Origin: Anaerolineae bacterium
Lineage (GTDB): Bacteria > Chloroflexota > Anaerolineae > B4-G1 > DUEL01
Assembly (NCBI GenBank): GCA_041082215.1
Contig: JBDOIF010000112.1
Span: 1 to 41,853, forward strand
Length of the DNA stretch: 41,853 nt
Reading direction: 5' to 3'
Each line of letters begins with the position of its first letter. Positions within the stretch are counted from its first letter, which is position 1. The translations under genes were made by a program, and so were the position numbers. The notes beneath the pieces were generated by a model. That model saw only the letters and a program-made list of their open reading frames with translations. It was not told where the DNA came from and did no database searches. Positions 35,908-41,853 of this stretch are shown here, piece after piece.

Positions 35908-36786
35908 ATGCTGATCGCCTGGCGGTATCGGGAACGGGATACCATTGTCCAGCGGCTGGATCCGCGTGCCCGCATCATCTTTATGCTGGCTATGCTCTTC
36001 TCGGTCATCCAGTTCTGGGACCTGCGCATCGAATCGGTTTTCCTGGGTCTGGCGCTGCTTCAGTACGGGCTGGCGCGCCTGACCTGGCGCGAGACCCGCC
36101 GGGCGTGGATTCTCATCAGCGTGATCATTCTCTTTATGACCACCCTGACCTTCTTCACCGGCAGAGGCGGTGTGGAGTACGCCTACCACGAAGAACACCT
36201 CATCCGCCGCCTGGGGCCCCTCTCCCTACCTATCTTCGGATGGCAGATCTCGGTGGACATCACCGCCGAGAAGACCATCTTCGCCGTCAGCCAGCTCGTC
36301 CGTATGTACGCCATCACGATCATGGCGATCACCATCCCCTACACGATAGACCCCAGCCTTTACGGCGTCACCTTCCGCGGGCTGGGGCTGCCGGATAAGT
36401 TCGCCTATGCGATGGACCTGGCCTTCCGCTTCGTGCCTACGTTGGGGCGGGATTTCAGCATCACGCTGGACTCCCAGCGGGCGCGGGGGTATGAGGTGGA
36501 GAAGCTTTCCGGTGGAATCATAGCCCAGATCCGCAAGCTGGCGCCGCTTTTGGTGCCGGTGACGATCAACGCCATTGTCGGCGCGGAGGACATCATTGAC
36601 GCGATGGACCTGCGGGCCTTCGGGGTGGGGCCGCGCACCTGGGTGCACCGTCTCACCTACCGGCGGGCCGACTATATCCTCATCGCCCTCAGCGCCCTGA
36701 TCTTCGTCGCCTCGACGGTGCTGGCCTTTATGGGGGTGGGCCGGTTATGGGTGCCTGATCCGCTGCTGCGGCTGGCTACCGGGTAG
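35908..36786 (+). CDS. ecfT: ECF transporter T component
   Basis: RLDPRA, AFRFVP, SQRARG, AMDLRAF coupling-helix motifs. Confidence 0.9.
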   Translation: MLIAWRYRERDTIVQRLDPRARIIFMLAMLFSVIQFWDLRIESVFLGLALLQYGLARLTWRETRRAWILISVIILFMTTLTFFTGRGGVEYAYHEEHLIRRLGPLSLPIFGWQISVDITAEKTIFAVSQLVRMYAITIMAITIPYTIDPSLYGVTFRGLGLPDKFAYAMDLAFRFVPTLGRDFSITLDSQRARGYEVEKLSGGIIAQIRKLAPLLVPVTINAIVGAEDIIDAMDLRAFGVGPRTWVHRLTYRRADYILIALSALIFVASTVLAFMGVGRLWVPDPLLRLATG

Positions 36787-36810
36787 GGGCGCGACGCCCT
36801 GCGCCCCTAC
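36783..36810. repeat. GTAG-type REP palindrome between convergent genes
   Basis: GTAGGGGCGC-N8-GCGCCCCTAC; its TAG is the ecfT stop codon. Confidence 0.8.
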
Positions 36811-36811
36811 C

Positions 36812-38107
36812 CTACCCCAGAAGGGGCGGCACGCGGGCGTTGAGCCGGTGCATTCGGGCCGTAAGCAGCGTGAAGGCGGCGACCAGCGGGTTGAGCGGCA
36901 CCAGTTGTACCGGCGTTACGCCTGCCAGCCGCGCCTGGTAGCGGACGTTGAGCATCAGGTCGTTGTGGGCCGGCACAGTGTAGATCCGCCGGTCCGGATA
37001 CCGGGCCCGCAGCCTGGCCTCCAGCTCCTCCACTGCGCAGGGCCCCACCAGCAGGATGTCCCCCGGCAACCCTTCCAGGTCCTCCGGCGCAAATCCCCTG
37101 CCGAAGATCAGGGTCCATCCACCACGGCCGCTGTAGTCGTTGGAAAGCATCTCCAGGATGCTCTCCGAGTTCCCCTTGCATCCTTCCTGACAGGCCCGCT
37201 CCCGTCCCTGGACGACGCGGACCCCCGGATGGAAGCGGCCCAGGGAGGTATAAGGTAGCCGCCGGGTAAACCGCTCCAGAGGGACTCCGCGCACCTGGAT
37301 ACGGTTCAGGTCCCCCTCCCCCAGCCCCGCTTCGGCGCAGAGCCGGAGGTGCTCCACCTCATCCAGCCGGTAGCCCAGCACCCGTGCCCCCACCACATCC
37401 ACCGCCAGCGTGTCGGCCCCGCCGATGAGGATGTCCATCGGCACCAGGCACTCTTCTTTCAGAGAGGTGGGGAAGAAGTGGCCATGGGCAGTGGCGACGA
37501 GACCTTCGATGATACAAAAGTCGGGGCGGGTGAGATGGTAAAGGGCAGCCAGGCGACGGTGAAGGGTGTCGTGGGAGTGGGGGCCGGCCCGGTCGCCGTC
37601 CATCGGGAAGGCCTGCTGCCCCTTCACCCCCAGCGTCACCGTCGTCATCGTGTGGGTCTTCAGCTTGGGCAGGGCCAGGTAGAGGTTATCCCCCCGGTGG
37701 ACGACCTCGTCGTACAGGAGGCGGGAGATGCGGATAGGAGTCGTTTCCCCCTCCAGCGTCACCTCTGCCGTAGGGCCTTCGTCCAGATAGACGGGTCTGG
37801 CCCCGTAGCGGCGACAGATTTGCTCATAGCCGGTCACTTTAAAGACCAGCCGGGTGAAGTTGCCGTTGCTGCACGATTCCATCACGGCCAGGCGACGGTA
37901 GCCGTGGTCGCGCAGGTAGGCCAGCACCGCCTCCAGTGCCCGGGGGTCGGTGTGGGTGTACGGGGCGAAGTGGACGCCGTTCGGCTTGATGTAGAGCGTG
38001 CCGCCTCGATCCGGCAGGGCCTCCTTTACCCCGCCGAAGGGGGCGAAGATCTCATCCAGCCCTTCCCTTATCCCTTGCGTCGTATCGGCTATGACAACCG
38101 TCGTCAT
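36812..38107 (-). CDS. DUF362-domain protein
   Basis: IKPN, TDP, LPKLKTH...VTLGVK, D.LAVD; C-terminal ACQEGC extension. Confidence 0.82.
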   Translation of the reverse strand: MTTVVIADTTQGIREGLDEIFAPFGGVKEALPDRGGTLYIKPNGVHFAPYTHTDPRALEAVLAYLRDHGYRRLAVMESCSNGNFTRLVFKVTGYEQICRRYGARPVYLDEGPTAEVTLEGETTPIRISRLLYDEVVHRGDNLYLALPKLKTHTMTTVTLGVKGQQAFPMDGDRAGPHSHDTLHRRLAALYHLTRPDFCIIEGLVATAHGHFFPTSLKEECLVPMDILIGGADTLAVDVVGARVLGYRLDEVEHLRLCAEAGLGEGDLNRIQVRGVPLERFTRRLPYTSLGRFHPGVRVVQGRERACQEGCKGNSESILEMLSNDYSGRGGWTLIFGRGFAPEDLEGLPGDILLVGPCAVEELEARLRARYPDRRIYTVPAHNDLMLNVRYQARLAGVTPVQLVPLNPLVAAFTLLTARMHRLNARVPPLLG

Positions 38108-38131
38108 CGGTCACCTCCGGCTCGAAAGGAG

Positions 38132-39232
38132 TTAAGAGCGGCTGCGCCGCAGCGCCAGGTATCCTCCCAGCAACAGGGCAACCGCCTGGAGAGCGCAAAG
38201 CACAGACGATGGCTGCACCCCCCGGCCCGGCCTCTCCTCGATAAGAGCGGGGAGGGGGGTCCAGGTGGGCAGAGGGTGGTAGGAGAGAGAGGAGGTCGGC
38301 GAAGCGGGAGGGGGGGATGGGATGAAAGGCGAGGGGGACGGGGTGGGGGGTTGAGGGGAGGGAGAGGGAGGAGGGGAAATGGTCGGCGTGGGATGGGGGG
38401 GCGTGGGGGTGGGGACCGGCGTCTCGATCGGCGGGGTGGGAGTGGGGGATTCTTCTCCGACGAGCAACTGGATTGCATCGGCCGAGGCGGCGGTGCGGCC
38501 GGCTCCATCGCGGAACTGGACGTAGACAATGTGCTCACCTGGCGTCTCCGGCAGCGTCCACGCCGCCAGAGGCTCCCAGGGCTGCCAGGGGAGGTCGTCG
38601 AAGTCGGGAGTGTTGCTGATACGGACCTCGATGGCGCGGCCCATAAAGGTGGTGCCCTGCCCCTGGGGATACGCTTCCTCATTGGTCAGGCGGATCGCCA
38701 CCTGGGGCGACTCGGTGGTAGCCGCACCGTCGTTGATAAAGATCGGGAGCACGTTGGGCCGGGCGCCGAAATCCAGCACAAAGCAGGTCTGCCCTTCAGC
38801 GCCGGTAGCGACGCCGATCCCGACCTCACGGAAGCGGCTGCTCAGGATGGTCTCCCGGTGTTCGGGATCGGCCAGGAACCACTCCAGCGCCGCCTCGGGG
38901 CCGCCGTATCCGATCCAGAAAACCTCGCCGATGACCTCCCCTTCCCCCCAGGCGACGTAGCCAGCTTTGGCGATGCGCTGGGCCGGAGAGGAGCCGTCGG
39001 AGCCGATGTGGGAGGCCGAGCCGGTGGCGGCCAGGTCGTCAGCGTGCCGTTGTGCGGAGGCGGCCAGCAGGTCGGACCAGCCGTAAGGAGGCAACCCCTC
39101 GTCCAGGCGGGCCTGGTTCAGCGCGGCGTAGAACCGGCCGGCCGGTTCCTCTTCCTGCGCTGCCCCCTGCCCCGGCATCAGGAACAGCCCGCAGGCGATC
39201 AGCGGAACCACAATCCAGAAAATCCTTCGCAC
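38132..39232 (-). CDS. Secreted CAP-domain protein with Pro/Thr linker and C-terminal membrane anchor
   Basis: Signal peptide, NQAR, SHIGSDGS, EHRETIL, EVGIG; FINDGA..T....V beta module; TM plus RRSRS tail. Confidence 0.85.
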   Translation of the reverse strand: MRRIFWIVVPLIACGLFLMPGQGAAQEEEPAGRFYAALNQARLDEGLPPYGWSDLLAASAQRHADDLAATGSASHIGSDGSSPAQRIAKAGYVAWGEGEVIGEVFWIGYGGPEAALEWFLADPEHRETILSSRFREVGIGVATGAEGQTCFVLDFGARPNVLPIFINDGAATTESPQVAIRLTNEEAYPQGQGTTFMGRAIEVRISNTPDFDDLPWQPWEPLAAWTLPETPGEHIVYVQFRDGAGRTAASADAIQLLVGEESPTPTPPIETPVPTPTPPHPTPTISPPPSPSPQPPTPSPSPFIPSPPPASPTSSLSYHPLPTWTPLPALIEERPGRGVQPSSVLCALQAVALLLGGYLALRRSRS

Positions 39233-39514
39233 GGCGGGTATTGTAGCACAAGGTGACGGAGGCGTCCAGGGGCGAGGCGCGTCTGGCCCGCGACCTTGCT
39301 TTTTCCATCCCCCGTTTTTGTGCTAAAATCGTAATTGTTCACCGCAGAGGCGCAGAGAGCGCAGGGGCTGCTTTCAGTTCAAAGGGGCGACAAGCGTTTG
39401 TGGCCGACAGCGCTTCGCTTCGTCCTGTGTGCGGCTGAACCCGATCGTTAGGGGCTGAAATCCATATAGCATTCGCTCCTCTTCACTGTAGAAGCCCGAT
39501 TGGAGAACATAAAC

Positions 39515-41853
39515 GTGCAGGATGAGCAGATCAGTCAATGGAGCCAGAAAATCTATATGCGGTTAGGCGAAATACTGCCTTCCGCTCCCGTCGAGGCCGA
39601 TTTCCGCCGGGTGATTGACCCGCTGCTGGATGAGTTCTGTGCCGGAATTGGCCTCACCCCGCTGGCCCACGCCGAATACACGCTCGCCACCGGCCGCGCC
39701 GATGCCGTGTTCAACCGCCTGGTGATCGAGTATGAGCGCCCCGGCGTGCTCAAGAAAATCCCGGACGCGGCTACGCGGCATGCGGTCCAGCAGGTCAAGA
39801 ATTACATCACCGGCCTGGCGAAGAAAGAGCGCCGCGAAATGGAGCGCCTGGCCGGCGTTGCCTTCGATGGCTACTTCCTCATCTTTGTCCGCTACATCAA
39901 TGGCCGCTGGACGGAGGAAGCCCCCGTCGAAGTCAACCGCTACTCGCTGGAGCGCTTCCTGACCTGGCTGGCGAGCCTTTCTTCCGGCATCGCCCTCACC
40001 TCCGAAAACCTCAACCGCGATTTCGCTATCGAGCAACTGCGCACGCAGAACATCCTGCGGGGGCTATTCCAGGCGCTCGGCCCGGCGCTCGCCGAAGAGG
40101 ACGGCATTGTCCCCAGACTCTTCGAGCAGTGGCGGCTCTTTTTCAGCGAGGCGATTGACTATTCGGAGGCCTTCGGCGGACGTAAACTGGAACCCCTGAA
40201 AAAATGGGTGCGTAAGGCCGGTTTTCAGATCCACGGTCCCCAAGAGGCGGAACGTTTTTTCTTCGTCCTGCACACGTATTTTGCCTTGCTGGTCAAACTG
40301 CTGGCCTGGCTGGCCCTCTCGCGACACCTCGGCGTCAAACTTGGCGCGCCCTCGTTTGCCGGCCTGGCGACCGCCGACGGCGAGACGCTGCGCCAGCGCC
40401 TGCGCGAGATGGAATCGGGCGGCATCTTCCGCGCCTACGGCATCACCAACCTGCTGGAAGGGGACTTTTTCGAGTGGTACCTCCACGCCTGGGACGAGAA
40501 AATCGAGGCCGCGCTCCGCGAGATCATCCGGCGGCTGGACGAGTACGACCCGACCACCCTAACCATCGTGCCGGAAGAGACGCGCGACCTGTTCAAGAAA
40601 CTTTACCACTACCTGTTGCCGCGCGAAATCCGCCACAACCTGGGCGAGTACTATACCCCCGACTGGCTTGCTCAACGGTTGCTGGTCCAGGTAGATGGAG
40701 ACCTTTTCGACCCCAGGCGCAAGGTGCCGGAGGCCAGACTGCGTCAGAAGGTCCTGCATACGCGCTTCCTCGACCCGGCCTGCGGCTCCGGCACCTTCCC
40801 CGTCCTCATCATCGCGCGGATGATCGAACTGGGCCGGGCGCTCATAGTGCCGGAGCACGACCTGCTGACAAGCATCCTGAACAACGTGGTGGGATTTGAC
40901 CTGAACCCGCTGGCCGTACTCACCGCACGGGTGAACTATTTGCTCGCGGTCGCCGACCTGCTGGAGCACCGCCGCGGCGAGATCACCATCCCCATCTACC
41001 TGGCCGACTCGGTGCGCACGCCGGCCGTGGGCGAGGACCTCTTCAGCCACGACGCCTACGAGTTCCCCACTGCCGTCGGGACCTTCCGCGTGCCGGCCGC
41101 CCTCTGCGCCCCGGGCCGTTTCGACCGCTTCTGCGACCTGCTGGAAGATAGCCTGCGCGCCGGCCTGACGGCGGATGCTTTCACCCAACGCTGCGGCGCA
41201 GCGTTGGGGCACAGCGCGTTGGGGCACAGCGCGTTGGGGCACAGCGGCGCTGTGCCCCTACAAGATGACGAATGGAACGACCGCGCCGTCTCGCTGACCC
41301 GCGACCTCTACGCGCAGATGTTCGACCTGCACCGGCGCGGCATGAACGGCCTGTGGGCGCGCCTTTTGAAGAACAATTTCGCCCCCCTCACCGTCGGACA
41401 GTTTGATTATATCGTCGGCAATCCACCCTGGGTGAATTGGGAGCACTTGCCGGACAAGTACCGGCAGTCTATCGCTCCATTGTGGGCGCGCTATGACATC
41501 TTTTCGCATAAGGGTTTTGATGCCATTTTGGGAAAATCGAAAGACGACATCTCGGTGTTAATGACATACGCCGTGATGGACGCACTTCTCAAAGATAAAG
41601 GGCGTCTTGGATTTATCATTACTCAGTCCGTGTTCAAAACGGGAGGCGGAGGTCAAGGCTTTCGTCGCTTTCGCATTCCACAGGGCAATGGGCAGTTCAC
41701 CCCTCTCGCCGTGGTGCACGTGGACGATATGGTGAGCCTCAATCCTTTTGAGGGTGCCTCCAACCGCACGGCGGTGATGGTGTTGGAGAAGGGCAGGCCG
41801 ACCGAGTATCCGGTGCCTTACACCGTGTGGCGTAAGGGCGACCCGGCGGGTCG
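39515..41853 (+). CDS. Type IIG-like restriction-modification enzyme (nuclease plus N6-adenine methyltransferase), 3'-truncated by the window
   Basis: Manual translation from GTG 39515: GRADAVFNRLVIEYE, LGEYYTPDWLA, FLDPACGSGTF, GFDLNPLA, FDYIVGNPPW; absent from the ORF track (no stop in the window). Confidence 0.88.
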   Translation, partial: MQDEQISQWSQKIYMRLGEILPSAPVEADFRRVIDPLLDEFCAGIGLTPLAHAEYTLATGRADAVFNRLVIEYERPGVLKKIPDAATRHAVQQVKNYITGLAKKERREMERLAGVAFDGYFLIFVRYINGRWTEEAPVEVNRYSLERFLTWLASLSSGIALTSENLNRDFAIEQLRTQNILRGLFQALGPALAEEDGIVPRLFEQWRLFFSEAIDYSEAFGGRKLEPLKKWVRKAGFQIHGPQEAERFFFVLHTYFALLVKLLAWLALSRHLGVKLGAPSFAGLATADGETLRQRLREMESGGIFRAYGITNLLEGDFFEWYLHAWDEKIEAALREIIRRLDEYDPTTLTIVPEETRDLFKKLYHYLLPREIRHNLGEYYTPDWLAQRLLVQVDGDLFDPRRKVPEARLRQKVLHTRFLDPACGSGTFPVLIIARMIELGRALIVPEHDLLTSILNNVVGFDLNPLAVLTARVNYLLAVADLLEHRRGEITIPIYLADSVRTPAVGEDLFSHDAYEFPTAVGTFRVPAALCAPGRFDRFCDLLEDSLRAGLTADAFTQRCGAALGHSALGHSALGHSGAVPLQDDEWNDRAVSLTRDLYAQMFDLHRRGMNGLWARLLKNNFAPLTVGQFDYIVGNPPWVNWEHLPDKYRQSIAPLWARYDIFSHKGFDAILGKSKDDISVLMTYAVMDALLKDKGRLGFIITQSVFKTGGGGQGFRRFRIPQGNGQFTPLAVVHVDDMVSLNPFEGASNRTAVMVLEKGRPTEYPVPYTVWRKGDPAG
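41201..41261. repeat. In-frame REP-derived insert: three 15-bp tandem repeats plus a palindrome arm
   Basis: (GCGTTGGGGCACAGC)x3-GGC-GCTGTGCCCCTAC, encoding ALGHS ALGHS ALGHS GAVPL. Confidence 0.9.

Noticed and set aside
38270..38450. G-rich run as a G-quadruplex or repeat element (also C-rich 20790-20900)
   Set aside because: Explained by Pro/Thr/Ser linker codons

Overview
GC-rich bacterial chromosomal segment. Gene content, leaderless-type promoters and a GAAC-N4-GTTC LexA box suggest a Chloroflexota (Anaerolineae-like) anaerobe; this is inference. About 36 real CDSs are present. They comprise a minus-strand run (saccharopine dehydrogenase-like, 8-oxoguanine deaminase, GT2/GT-C/YfhO glycosylation trio, SDR, amaP, scpB, DUF4332, TPR); a metallophosphoesterase, DUF4349, YabN/MazG and NamA-like run; a glycyl-radical hydroxyproline dehydratase (HypD) next to an FGGY kinase with no activase in view; a LexA-boxed radical-SAM/HhH gene followed by MBL-hydrolase and DUF6504 genes; a TetR-controlled ABC exporter with two HlyD-like adaptors; an ECF importer with an enlarged S component; DUF362; two CAP proteins; and the 5' part of a type IIG-like restriction-modification gene. 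The most unusual layer is non-genic. At least four families of short repeats or palindromes occur both between genes and in frame inside proteins. Heptamer arrays supply start and stop codons at operon junctions. There is also a 172-bp MITE with a perfect 9-bp target duplication and possible integron-cassette remnants. No rRNA, tRNA or CRISPR array was seen. All family calls come from motif recognition, not database searches.
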